A stretch of DNA of 64,000 nt from Vicugna vicugna. Lineage: Eukaryota. This document shows, one piece after another, positions 25,901 to 38,072 of this stretch (the stretch's first letter is position 1; each line of letters begins with the position of its first letter). The notes under the pieces are model-generated. The model was not told where the DNA came from, ran no database searches, and saw only the letters and a list, made by a program, of their open reading frames with translations. The stretch spans positions 71,789-135,788 of the forward strand of contig MU057654.1 in NCBI GenBank assembly GCA_013265495.1. The letters run 5' to 3'. A program made the translations under genes and the position numbers.

Positions 25901-26239
25901 TGTTATTATGCTGACGAGAAAGCTTTAAGAGCAAAAAGATCATTTATTTTTATCCTTTGAGACCTACGGATACCTATGTAAGCAAAAAATGAATCTCTGC
26001 CACTTATAATCTTTGTAAACTGCACTTGCATTTATTATCACCATCTTTCCATGAAAACACATTTTAAAAATACATTTCTATGATAACATTTTAAATTACT
26101 TTACAACAAAATTTCAGTTTTTTAAAAAAAATGTCGATGTAGTGGTTCATCATTAAGGATACCCTCCAATGTTTTCACTGGCACCATACTGATAAAAATT
26201 TAGTTCCATTACCATATTTCTATTACAAACAAAGATACA

Positions 26240-26443
26240 TGTCTTCTCACTGTGTCTTCACATGGTGGAAGGAGCAAAGGAGCTCTCTAGGGTTCCTTTT
26301 ATATGTCCACTAGTCCCATTCATGAGAACTATACCTCATGACCTAATCTCCTCTCCAAGGCCTTACCTCTTAATACCATCATGTTGGGGATTAGGATTTT
26401 GACATATGAATTTTAAGGGGGACATACACATTCAGTCTATAGC
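26240..26443 (-). mobile_element. MaLR (MLT1-like) LTR fragment
   Basis: CTCATGACCTAATC…AATACCATCATGTTGGGGATTAGG…CATTCAGTCTATAGC. Confidence 0.75.
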
Positions 26444-26746
26444 TGAAGGGTTAATATATTACCTATGTTTTGCCATCATAATTGTCCAAATTGCTCGGCT
26501 TCAAAGATGTTGCATAGAGAGCAGGGAAACCACAAGGTGAGCTTGGAATATCTTGTGTTCTCTGTATAGGTACGATTTGAATTAAAGCAAAGTTCATGCT
26601 TTGGCTAAGGGTAGATTCAGATATTTATGATAGAAAGATCAAACGAACAGTGGTATAATCTTACATAAACAAATCTACAAGCAGGTCATACAGGAATATT
26701 CCATTGGTTCCATGAAGTGGCTGTGATCCAGGCTCCCTGCATTCAC

Positions 26747-27230
26747 TGTTAGGAGGCAATTTTTCATGGAATTTCTACATGTCTTATGACAGATTTTGTC
26801 TAGAAATATCTTTTCAAGGTTGTTTTCAGAGCAAACAGCCTTAGAAGATTGTCTGCCATCTGGTCAGAGGACAGATTTGATTCCTGGACAAGGTAGCAAA
26901 GATAATGCCTCTGCTGGGCAAAGATTGGTCAGATTTGCCAGCAGTCTCTTCATAAAATTGGCATATTCCTTAGCTGTGATGCAGATACACTGGATATACA
27001 GTATCAACCTGGTCGCTCTGCATCCTCCCCATGGGACTTAAGGGGCAAAACAATGGGAACATGAAGCTCATGCTCCCTGCTGTATCATAAGTGAAAAATG
27101 ACAGTTGTCTTGTCTCCTTGTCTTCTTACCTAATATATGAAAGTGTGCTTGGCCAGTGTAGCAGCTACAGTAGCTTCTGCTGTACAGGAATTGCTTGACC
27201 ACTTGAAACTCACTACATTGTCACACATGG
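26747..27230. mobile_element. Old solo LTR-like element
   Basis: TGTTAGGAGGC start and ~480 bp of LTR-like sequence; family not assigned. Confidence 0.5.
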
Positions 27231-28045
27231 TGAGTGGCCCCCAACTTCGTGATTGAAGTGATCTCATCCACTCATAAGGATGGAGGAAAGGGAGAAAAAG
27301 AGGCAGTGGCACATGACACCAAGGGGCTACCTTGAAGCTGACACACAGTGTTTCTGCTTATAAACAACAACTCCAAATTATCTGTATAAATATGCAAACA
27401 GGACACACCAAACTCTTCAAAGTAGTTATCTCTTGAAAGTGAGAATATGGGAGTAGGGTGTGTTTTCTCACTATCTGCATTTTGCATTCTCTCTGTAAAT
27501 TGAAATGTTTTCAGCACACAGGTATAGTGTTACCTTCGTACACTGCAAAAGCTTTGGAGTTAACACCTTTTAAAAGTATTAAGGAAACCTGAGGGAAGGT
27601 AAATGACATCATTGTAAGAATGAATTTCCTAAGCCCTTTTTGTACATACATGTGTCCCTAAGTCTCTACCAGTATGCAGTGGGTGGTAATAGATAATTTC
27701 ATATTCATTTCAAGTTTTTCTCTTCTGGGTTAGAATTACCTAAGGGAAAAACTAAAGGAAGAAAAAGTGAGAAGCCGACAGTAACCTCAGCCCTGGCCTT
27801 GGCGGTTAAGATTGGGTGAAGTGGGCGGGGATGTAGCAGAGTCCTTCCATTAGAAGAGAAGTTGCAGGAACTGATAGGGACCCAGGGACTGAAATCGAGG
27901 CTTCAATACCATTTTCTGTTTCCTCCTCTCCTCCTTCCCCTCCAATAAGAACTTTCTCTTTTCTGTTTTCACATTAGTCTCTGGTTCCAAGAAACAAGAA
28001 TCACTTCATAAGAATTTTCTTTATTCTTAATTTACTCTACTGCAC

Positions 28046-28047
<2 letters not shown>

Positions 28048-28085
<38 letters not shown>
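28048..28085. repeat. (CA)n microsatellite
   Basis: Direct reading. Confidence 0.95.
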
Positions 28086-28087
<2 letters not shown>

Positions 28088-29149
28088 AATGTGCCATGGA
28101 CAATTTTACACAAATTGATTTAATTTTGTTAACTAATGTGGATGAAATTTGATTTATTTTCAGTCCTTAATTTTTCTCTCTCAAGAAGCAGATTCATTTG
28201 TTCAAACCTTTTATATCCCTTTTTAGACTTTAATATTTTCATGAATACACATTTTGCTCCATGGTTTTCATCTGATTTGTATTTAGAGTTGAAGCTGTTA
28301 AACTCTGTGAAGCAATGTTTTATTGGACTGCATCTGTTATTTCTGCTCCCACCCCCTGACCTCAGGGTTTTCTAGGTATGTGGTAGGTTCAGATTGAAAA
28401 TACTCTTTTGTGCCATCATTTTTGAAATTCCTTTTCTTGCCTAGATGCGTTGGTTAATATTCCAGAATAATCACAATCAATATTGGGTGCAGAGAGCTTC
28501 CTTACCTTGCTCCTAATGTCACAGACACTGTTTGTGACCACTGATGTTGGGGCTGCCTTTTCCTTTTAGAACCCATTCAATGAGTTGGAGAATTACTTTA
28601 AAACATCCAGTTTTCTAAAGGTATTTAATTACCATAAAATATTGAATATTAGCAAATAGATTTTTCACAACTGCTGAGATAAACGTACGTTGTTTTCTCT
28701 GACTTATTAAATGCTGAATTTATATTCTTAGGAAGAATCTAAAGCCATTGCCAAATACCTCAACCACAAGGGAGCTGCATACCAACAGATTCCAAAAACC
28801 ATGTTCAAAAACAAAAGAAGTTTCCATAATAAGTTCTGTAGTCAACTTGAGTAATATTATTTTTTCCTTTTTGTGATTTACTGCCTGTGACTTGCCTAAC
28901 AAACCAAAAACCAACTTAGTATCATACAGAATACTTGTCATTTCTATTTCCTGGGCCTGTAGCATGACATTTTTGTAAGCCTAAGCTTATTCTCTGATGA
29001 ACTAGATTTAATATATCTTTTTGAAGCTTATAGAGATGAACTTTATCCTTGTTTAGGGACTGGAGTCAAGCAGGCACTTTTCCTCCAAGTCTCACTTCAT
29101 CAACTTCTGAAGGAGCATTATCTGTGCCACTGCAGCAATTTTATGAGAT

Positions 29150-29440
29150 CTCCGGAGGATTACCATATAGATAGGAATTGAGAATGGCCACAAGGAAGAC
29201 TGATCTTCACAAACAATCAGGTAAAGTATCCCTGACTTGCCCATGTGGGCGTTTCATTGGCAACATTCTTTTTAACATCAGTGCAGCAGCTTTAGGGCTG
29301 AGTCCGCACTTTTGAGAAGAGGCCCAGGCAGTCTCACTCCTGAGATGTAAACAAAGCTCTGAGAATGCACTGAGCTGAGGCCCTTGGCAAGTTGAGCATG
29401 GGAGCGTTATGCCGGCTTTGCTCCATCTCTAGCCAGCTGT
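29150..29440 (+). pseudogene. Decayed H2B-like gene
   Basis: FIGNILFNISAAALGL (vs FVNDIFERIAGEASRL) from 29253; S*DVNKALRMH*AEALGKL in register with SREIQTAVRLLLPGELAKH from 29338. Confidence 0.55.
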
Positions 29441-29997
29441 AGGCCATGAAAAGAAGTTCTTCCCACAGTCCAGACAACTCCAGACAACTCCACTCAAGAT
29501 AAAATCTGGGGATTTGAATCTTAAAATTCAGTAGCAGTGAGAAGTCCCTTTGTGTGTCACAGATGAATGATTTGTTGATGGCAGAGTAATGTATGTGCAG
29601 TCTTGAGTTTCTGCCCCCTCTCTCTAAGACATTCTTATGTTATTTAAGAAATGAACACCAAAGTCTGACAGCCACATTTCTGGCTAGATATCATTATCTT
29701 TATTGATTTACCCTTGGAACAATCGCTCTTCCTTACAGCATTCAAACTTCAACATCACAAACAGCTGCCATTGGTGCTGCCCTAAACATGGCCAAATATC
29801 TCACCCTGCCCCCAAATCCAGCACACTGGCAGGGTTGCAGCCACTGCTGTCTTGTTTGGGCTGTGACACATCACACCAGGCTGAAGTCACTGGCCCCTTC
29901 ACGCAAACACCCTTGTCACCCCACTTAGACTTCAGCATTCTGCTCCTGGTCATCTCTACTCCCACAGGGCCAACCTCTCTGCTCGGTCTCCCCTAAT

Positions 29998-31100
29998 TCT
30001 TTTTTTTAATTAAAATAAGTTTTTATTTTGAAACAATATATTCACAAGAAGTTGCAAAAATAATATAGAGAAGTACTGTGTACCCTGTGTCCTTCTCCCA
30101 GTTTGTCCCAATGGTAACATCTAACTAAATATAGATTCATGTAATCACCACCACAATCGTGATACAGAACTGTTCTATCACTACAAAGATCTCCCATGCT
30201 TTCCCTTTATAGCCACACTCATCGCCCTCTCCTCACACTCCATCTTTTTTTTTACTTAATAAAATATTTTCTTTTATATTTTTATACTACAGTGATTCAG
30301 TATTTTTGCAGTTTCTGCTCCATTATAGGTTATTACAAGATAATGGCTATAATTCCTTGTGCTGTACAATATATCCTTGTTGCTTATCTATTTTTATGTA
30401 TAGTAGTTTGTATCTGTTAATTCCATACCCCTAATTTGTCCCTCCCACCATCCCTCTCCCTTTTGGTATTCACAAGTTTGTTTTCTATATCTATGAGTCT
30501 GTTTCTGTTTTGCATATACATTCATTTGTATTATTTTTTAGATTCCATGTATAAGTGATATCATACATACAGTATTTGTCTTTCTCTGTCAGACTTATTT
30601 CATTTAGCATAATGCCCTCAAGGTCCATCCATGTTGTCATGGGAGGATTTCATTCTTTCTCATGGCTGAATAACATATATACACACACACATACATATGT
30701 ATCTCTATGTACCTCACATCTTCTTTACCCATTCACTGATGAACACTTAGGTTGTTACCATATCTTAGCTATTGTGAATAATGATGTAATGAAAATGTGA
30801 GTGCAGATATCTCTTCGATATCATGTTCTCATTTCTTTTAATATATACTAGAAATAGGATTTCTGCATCATATGGTAGTTCTGTTTTTAAATTTTTGAGA
30901 AACCTTTATACTGTTTTCCATAGTGGCTGAACCAGTTTACATTCCCACCAACAGTGTACAAGGATTCCCTTTTCTCACATCCTTGCCAACATTTGTTACT
31001 GCTTGTCTTTTTGATGATAGCCATTCTAATAGGTGTAAGGTGATATTTCATTGTGGTTTTTATTTCCATTTCCCTGATGATTAGTGATGTTGAACATGAC
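29998..31100 (-). mobile_element. Two L1 3' ends (old 29998-30240, younger 30245-31100)
   Basis: Poly-T starts; minus ORF 30887..31069 [21 protein letters not shown] (ORF2 C-terminus). Confidence 0.9.
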
Positions 31101-31943
31101 GTGTTTTAAAAATGAATGAATATGAACTGTAAATGACTAGAATCAAATTAAAATGAAAAGGTTAGAATATTAATATTAGAATACAGTGAACTTGGAGAGG
31201 ACATTGGTTCTTAGAATATTTGATTTAGATATTTTTGTGCTGTTTTGGGATCCTTGATTACGTATTTAAATAAATTTCTTAATATAGGTCCTGTTGAAAA
31301 TATTTGGGGGTATATTTATCATGTTAGTCTTGTTTTCCTTGGCTTGATGCTGATAATTTTTTTATTTACTGCAGTAAAGCTGTTTTCTTTATTTAATCTT
31401 TTTCCATAAGACACAACATTAGAGCATGATTGTTCACTTAGTCCCTCCTCCATTCATCTACTCTCTATGCTCACTTAATCCCTTCTCTGATTCTCCCACC
31501 AGGTTAACAATCAGATGTGTTAATTTCCCCTTCTTGTCTTCAATGTCAAGCTCCATTTTTCCTTTCTCCTTCTCAGTTTTCATCTGTATCAATCATCCCT
31601 GCACTCCCAGTCTTCATTCCACAGCACAATCATGGTGTATTTTTAAGTTAATGTTCTAATACTTCTATTTTATTTCTGAGTTTGCAAATGGACAACAGCC
31701 AAAAACATACCACGATTGTCCCAATGTATTCAATATGTTAAATTGTCTTCTCATATGACACACTAATGCATGAGAACAGTATACTAAAGTAACATTGGGA
31801 AAACACTTATATGATATTAAATATATGGTATTAAATATATTCCAATGGAAATTAAACTATATTTCAATGAAAATTATACAACTTAGTGAAATGCTACTTT
31901 TGTTTTTTCAAACTTGCCTACAGTTCTTTTTCTGAATACTTGC

Positions 31944-33555
31944 ATGCTCTGAAAACAGCCTTCGGTTTCACAAAATTTTGTTTTGTACGCATAAGGCAAT
32001 CAGGTGGCACCACCTTGGGAACTTATGTGCAGGTGATTTTGAGACAGTTTTTCTTAGTTCCCTTAAGCAGCAATATCCTTTTTCAAATTATTTTTTAAGA
32101 TTTATCTAATATTCCAGAATAATGATAGATAATAGTCCTGATAAGGGAGCTCATTGTCCTGAATCCTGACTCTAATGATGATAATATTATTTCAGCACAA
32201 AACAAATATTATCCAACTCATCATATTAGCAATGGAATTTGAAGCATCTACTGAGATTATCCCCAAATTTTCTTTTTTCTTTTAATGCCACAAAGTGAAT
32301 CATGTTTATATTTTACTGAAAACTGAACCATCACTGTATTCTTAGGTGAATCCCAGTTTACCCTTTAATGTTCATCTTTTAATGAGAAATCCAATTTGAC
32401 TGCTAATATTTTATGTTGGACTTTTTGTGTCCTCATTTATAAATATGACTGCTCAGGATTCTTCTTAGTATGTTTTCCTCAATAGATTTTATCATTATAT
32501 TTTTAAAATACAATTTTGATTTTTTCTTTCATAATTAAGAACATTTAATTAGCAGTTAGAAATACTTAATTCCTAAACTGTCTGACAGAAAATATTCCTG
32601 GAAGCCTGGACATTTGTGATGATAGCTCATTAATTACTTCAATTTCTTCCATTCTTCTTAGTTTTTAAGGGTTTGGGGGGAGTATTAATTTTTACAGTTT
32701 ATTTTATCCACAAATTCATGCATTTTTATTGACATTTTTAGTGTATTACTATAGCTTTTCAGGGAAATATCCCATTAATTTTTAAGTATTATTTATTATT
32801 CTCTTTTCTTCTTAAGGAGATTACTTAGAGTTGTAATTTAATGATTTTTTTTCTGCCAATCATGCTCATGTTTATATATCAATTTCACAGTTTGGGTTTT
32901 TTTTTCCCTAGAACTTAAGCATCATCAAGAAAACAATTTTAAACTTGGTAAATGTTTAAGGATGTATTGCATTTTTATAAATAATTCAATTTTTGTTTGT
33001 GTTATCTCTTTGGAGACAGGATTTTGCCATTTCTACTTTTGCCAATCCAATGAAGTTTTTAAAAGTCTACTTTTTATAACACTTTATTGAGGTATACAAA
33101 CAGCTATACATAATTAGTGTACATACTTTATGAATTTGTAGATAAGTATACACCTGTGAAAACCTTCACCACAATCAAGGCTACAAACATATTCATCACC
33201 TCCAAAAGTTCCCTCCCTTTCTCTTTATTTATTGTTTTTTAAACTTTTTTTTGTGGTAAAAGCACTTAACATAAGATCTATATTCTTAGCAATTATTAAG
33301 TATATAATATAGTATTGTTAACTATAGGCACTTTGGTAAGGCCAGAGGCATTGGATGGTCAGCCAAGTCCCTTGTTTTCCAGAAGCACTTCCCCAAGTCA
33401 GGGAGTTCCTCTTCAAGCCCAGGTAGCCCAAGACCCAGACAACAGTGGAATCTGGATCAGAGGACAAAAGGCCCAGATGTAGCCAGTATCAATCCTCTGG
33501 CATTATGGACTTGGGTTATGGAGGCCAGAATTTTTCAAAGGACTGAAGCTGACAT
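31944..33555 (-). pseudogene. Decayed H2A gene split by L1 sequence, with stem-loop
   Basis: ATG at 33555; QVH, VLGYL and ENK motifs in 33555-33340; C-tail ILLLKGTKKNCLKITCT* at 32076-32023; minus AAGGCTGTTTTCAGAGC at 31962-31946. Confidence 0.65.
32100..33335 (-). mobile_element. L1 fragments inside the H2A pseudogene
   Basis: Degraded antisense ORF2-like sequence, then an L1MA/MB-type 3'UTR at 33070-33335. Confidence 0.7.
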
Positions 33556-33838
33556 CTCTACAGTGTTGGTGCTATAGGAGTATCTTTTCAAAGTACTTGT
33601 GGTGGAGTCCATAGGAAGCACGTAGGTATCTTGCCTCCTAATTGGCCCACGCCAAGTAAGGGAAATATCTAGCCACATCTAATATGGTGTGATTTATTGA
33701 CAGGCTTTCCTGCATTGCGTTTTATCCAACTAAATTATTGAGTTTACCCAAGACCTCATTTGAATGCAGGGCCTTTATATGGGATGCACCGTGTCACTAA
33801 CATTTTTTCCCCCAAGGTACTGGAAAGATGTGTCTGTC
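33556..33838. promoter_or_regulatory. Remnant H2A/H2B bidirectional promoter
   Basis: 283 bp between divergent ATGs; ATTGG at ~33641; octamer-like ATTTGAAT at 33758-33765; TATA-like TTTATAT at 33774-33780. Confidence 0.7.
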
Positions 33839-34224
33839 ATGCCTGAGATCTCTTCTAACTTTTCTATGTTTAGCAGGAAGTGTTCCAAGAAAGCTGCTTC
33901 TAAAATCCAGTAGGTTAAAAAAAAAAAAGAATGAGACACTGCTACTGAGAGTGTTATTCCACCTTTGTCTATAAGGTTCTGAAACAGGTTTGCTCTGACA
34001 TGGGCATTTTATCAAAGGCCATGAGCATCATGAGTTCTTTCCTTGATTGCATGCTCAAGTGCAACTCAGATGAGGCCTCCTACCTGGCCTGTTGCAAAAG
34101 GTGCTCAAACATCACCTCCAGGGAGGTCTAAACAGCCTTGTGCCAGCTGCTGCCCATAAAGGCAGCTGATCACACTGGGTCTGAGGACACCAAGACCATC
34201 ACCAAGTACACAGTCACAAATTAA
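33839..34224 (+). pseudogene. Histone H2B pseudogene, H2B.1/TSH2B-like
   Basis: MPEISSNFSMFSRKCSKKAASKIQ* then YKVLKQVCSDMGILSKAMSIMSSFL…EASYLA…ITSREV*TALCQLLP…SEDTKTITKYT; two in-frame stops plus a disrupted linker. Confidence 0.97.
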
Positions 34225-34254
34225 TTGCCCTTAGGAGGATTTGAGTAGCAAACA

Positions 34255-34278
34255 CCAAAGGCTTTTTTCAGGCCACAT
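34255..34278 (+). terminator. Histone mRNA 3' stem-loop remnant
   Basis: CCAAA GGCTTT TTTC AG-GCC ACAT vs consensus CCAAA GGYYYT TTYC AGRGCC ACC, ~30 nt after the stop. Confidence 0.85.
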
Positions 34279-34966
34279 ACTTTTTTTTATAATAATAACT
34301 GTAGCCCAGTCAAGTCTGATCTGTTTTATTTTTTTAGACTTGTTGCATTCTGCTCATATGAAGATGTCATTCTTATAATGAGTTAAATATTATCTGATCT
34401 CAAGTTGAATGTATCTGTAGTAAAAGTTGTTCAGAACAAAATAGTAAATTATGTCCAATAATATTCTATTTTACTGCTTTACTAAAAGGGCAGTTCTGGT
34501 AGTTATTTTTCTACCCTTAAAGGGTTCTGTGAGGTCAAAGCTATTTTCATAATGATGTTATTGACTTTTCACCCCCATTCTTCCGTGGGTATACAGTGGA
34601 ATTTCCAGAGATACATCATATGTGAGATATCAAAGCATAAACATAAAAAACAGACATCTCAAGTTAATGATTTTACTGCTTTTCTACGTATGGGATGATG
34701 CAAGAATCTGGGCTCATTAAAATGATTCCTTAGATATGCATCTTAACTATCTAGGGCTAGTATCCAGAGCACGGAATGTTTCATTTTTCTCTATCCTGAA
34801 TTCCCCTCAGGGCAAACCCTTTGGGGTCAGCTGCAGTGGCTAATGACTTGGTGGGGGGCAACAATTGTTTACTGGAATGGCAGGCAATATTATTTACTGA
34901 AATGGCAAACAACATTTTTTGTCTGAACATTTTTCATATGAGCTTGGATTTTATGTTATCATGTAA

Positions 34967-35085
34967 TTAGTTTGCCAGATTTAGCAAATAAAAATGCATA
35001 ATACCTAGTGAAATTTGAACTTCAGTAAACAATGAATAATTTTTAGCATTAATATGTTGCATGCAATATTTAAGCCAAATATTTT
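34967..35085. mobile_element. MER53-like DNA transposon fragment
   Basis: TTGCCAGATTTAGCAAATAAAAAT…AAATTTGAA…AAACAATGAATAATTTTT. Confidence 0.6.
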
Positions 35086-35741
35086 TGTTACTGAACCAAA
35101 CTTGGGTCCACTTGCCCATACGCAAGTCTACTGACACCAGGTTGTGGTGAAGGAAAGTGCAACATTTATTGTAAGATGTCAGACAAGAAGTCCGGGGCAA
35201 ATAATGCTCAAAAAACCCTAACTACTCAATGGGTTTCAGGGAAACATTTTTAAATGCAAGGTGAAGGAGGAGAGTTCCAGGGTGGGTGATCAGAATGTGC
35301 ACAATTCTCTGATTGGTTGATGGAGGTAACAGGACGGTGTCACAGGGGTTAACATTCATTCTTAGGCTCCAGTACATCTGGGGGCTGTGGGCTCATAGTC
35401 ATCAAGTAGTTAACTTCTTCCATTTGGTGGGGGTTTTAGCATCTGTAAAATAACTTAGGAAATGTGCACCAGATACAATTATGTAGGTACTTCAGAGAGG
35501 AACAAAAGATTCTGTGACTGCAATATGGCTGATTTACTGTTTAAATTCTTACCTGTTCTCCTGGCCCAATTGCTATTTTTGCTGCTGCATGTTCACATCC
35601 TTTCAATCATTAATTCTTGAGCCAGGCTTTGTGACTCAGGGGAGGCCTGGGAGACAACAGCTTTTCTACAAACCAGAGGCAGGCAGAGGACATGGGAGGG
35701 GTCTGTCACAGGCAGGCCCTGTAGGGTCCTGCTCAGTCACA
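35086..35741. mobile_element. Solo ERV1-class LTR
   Basis: TGTTACTG…CAGTCACA termini; 4-bp TSD TTTT. Confidence 0.8.
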
Positions 35742-36389
35742 TTTTCAGTTGATCCAATTGCATTGCAAGTAAGTAAATTGCTGGAATATTTTTTGTCTTT
35801 CAGGGGTCAAACCTCTTTAAACATTAATTGCCTAATATTTTGTATACTTTCAAATAATTTTAATATAAAACTTTTTTGTCACATTGACTCTAAGAGTGAC
35901 GACATTAGCATTTCTTCAGCAAAAGTGATACTGGGCTTTTATGAAGTCTATGTTCAAAATACCATTTTTGTTTTTCTAAGCATCTTAGTATAAGAAATAT
36001 CAAACATTAACATATGCCCTTTTAGCAACTTTTGAGATGAATTTTTTTTTATATTTTAGTTTATTCAAATAAATTAAACTTATAGTTTCATAATATTAAA
36101 TCATCCTAGCATTCTTGGAAAGAAATCCCTTATTAGGGGGCACTTAAAGAAATGGAAGTATGTTGTGATTGGCTTGTTAATTGGCTGATATCATTTAAGC
36201 CTGCTGTTTTGGAAGTGACTTGGATGTTGCAAGTTTATCTGAGATCTTTCGTTGTTGATTCAATCAACATTCACATCTATTTCTGAACCTCATTTGAATA
36301 TAACCCTACATAAACATCCTACTTCATTGTTCGGCTCATAATTCATTCTCCAACTCATACTTTTTTCTTAAAATGAAGTTACTTTCCTA

Positions 36390-36940
36390 ATGCCTTGAGG
36401 AATTATTTTGTTCCTCCAAAAAAGGGCCTAAAATGCCTGACCAAGAAAAGGAATGTTAATGTGTTTCTTGGAGCCTGCCAGGACAGCCATTCTACCTACC
36501 TGTAGAAGGATCCTGTGCCCTCACCATTCTGTTGAGCTGGTTCATCGAGACTTTTTGCTTTCCCAGGTAAAATAACCTGGGACACAGACCATCTTCCTAA
36601 TCTTTACATATGAGGAAAACAAAGCTCATTAGTGGGAGGAAAGGAACATAGACCCAGGTCCCTAGAACTTAAAATGAATATTCTGGTGGTATCATACCAC
36701 AGAACAATAGGAGAACATCTCCCTCTCCTAGACCTGTAATGGACAGCTAAGGGACTAAGGGGTGGAGACTAGGACAAGCGGAGATTAGAATGAGGGCCTT
36801 GGTACCAATCTCAGGTTTCCCACAGAGGCATCTTAGAAAAGGCTGTAGGATCTTAGAAAAGAACTTCACAGCTCTGACTGTCACAGAATAGAGATGATAT
36901 TTCCACATCCCAAAAGACCATGGTGAAGTATCTGTGGAAA
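36390..36940 (+). pseudogene. Decayed H2B gene with promoter remnant, interrupted by a MIR-like fragment
   Basis: CCTCATTTGAAT (octamer-like, 36288-36299) and two ATTGG upstream; ATG CCT, PPKKG, QDSHSTYL*K (vs KESYSIYVYK), VHRD, KTMVKY. Confidence 0.75.
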
Positions 36941-37164
36941 CCTACATCAGGCACATACTTAGAATTCCCAAGTTTCTGACAAGGCAGGTACCGATAAACA
37001 GCCCCTGTTTTGGAAATTTGCATCAATGGACGTTTATAAAAATAGTCATGATAGTAACATTGATTATGATGATTATTTAGCTTAAGTTTTAGTTAATTTT
37101 TAATTGATGAAAAACATTTAAACAATGATATCTGTATCAATTCATAGTCATTCTTCCCATTTTC

Positions 37165-37765
37165 CTAAATCCCAAATCACGGATTTACTCCTATGGTTCT
37201 TTTTTCTAATAGTTTTATAGTTTTAGCTCTTATATTTAGGTTGTTGATCCATTTTGAGTTAATTTTTCTATATGGTACAGGGTAAGGATCCAACATCATT
37301 ATTTTGCACTTTGGAAGACAGTTTGGCTGTTTCTTACAAAACTAAACATACTCTTACTATATGATCCAGCGATCACACTCTAACATTTACCCAGAGGAGC
37401 TGAAAACGTATGTCTATAAAAAAACCTGCCAAAGAATTTTTATAGCAGCTTTATTCATAATCGCCAAAACTTGGAAGCAACCAAGATGTCCCTCAGTAGG
37501 TAAATAGATAAACTCTGGTACATCCAGATAGAATATTCAGCACTAAAAAAGAAATGAGCTATCAAACCATGAAAAGACATGGAGGAAACTTAAATACATA
37601 TTACTAGTGAAAGGAGCCAATTTGAAAAACTGCATATTGTATGATTACAACTATTATGTTAATAATGGGGAAGACTATGCATGTGTGGGGGCAGGGGTTA
37701 TGCCTCCCACTCAATTTTGTTGTAAACTAAAATCTGCTCTGAAAAATTCTTTTTAAAAAAAGTAC
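37165..37765 (+). mobile_element. Old L1 fragment with inverted 5' part
   Basis: 37165-37308 is antisense ORF2; ~37306-37765 is sense ORF2 end/3'UTR. Confidence 0.75.
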
Positions 37766-37807
37766 AGATGTGAGCTGCAGGCATGCCTAAGAACTATTCT
37801 GTTCTGT

Positions 37808-37963
37808 GGTTTTGTTTTTTTTGTTGTTGTTGTTTTTTGTTGGGGGAGGTGGTAATTAGGTTTATCTATTTGTTTGATTTTTCAGTGGAAGTATTGGGGA
37901 TTGAACCCAGGACCTCAGGTATGCTAGGCATGCAGCCTACCACCTGAGCTACCCCCTCCCCCC
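37808..37963 (-). mobile_element. tRNA-derived SINE, Vic-1-like
   Basis: Minus A/B boxes; TSD CTATTCTGTTCTGT / CTACTTTGTTCTGT. Confidence 0.88.
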
Positions 37964-38072
37964 TACTTTGTTCTGTTGATTTAAGACAGAAGATCCTCTG
38001 TCTTTGGTCTCTGTGAGGCATACTTGGGAAGCACCTATGCTCATGGTAAAAGCTTACCTACTGCATTGTTTC

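Larger units (their letters stand above)
24855..26235 (+). repeat. Local segmental duplicate, copy 2
   Basis: See copy 1; 24760-24822 additionally matches 8880-8945 (GAGATGAAATC…AGAGACCTGGGTGTC…CACATC). Confidence 0.93.

Noticed and set aside
26690..27900. Possible H2A fragments around the LTR (MTPR) and at 27600-27900 (LTAK)
   Set aside because: One or two short motifs each, within chance expectation.
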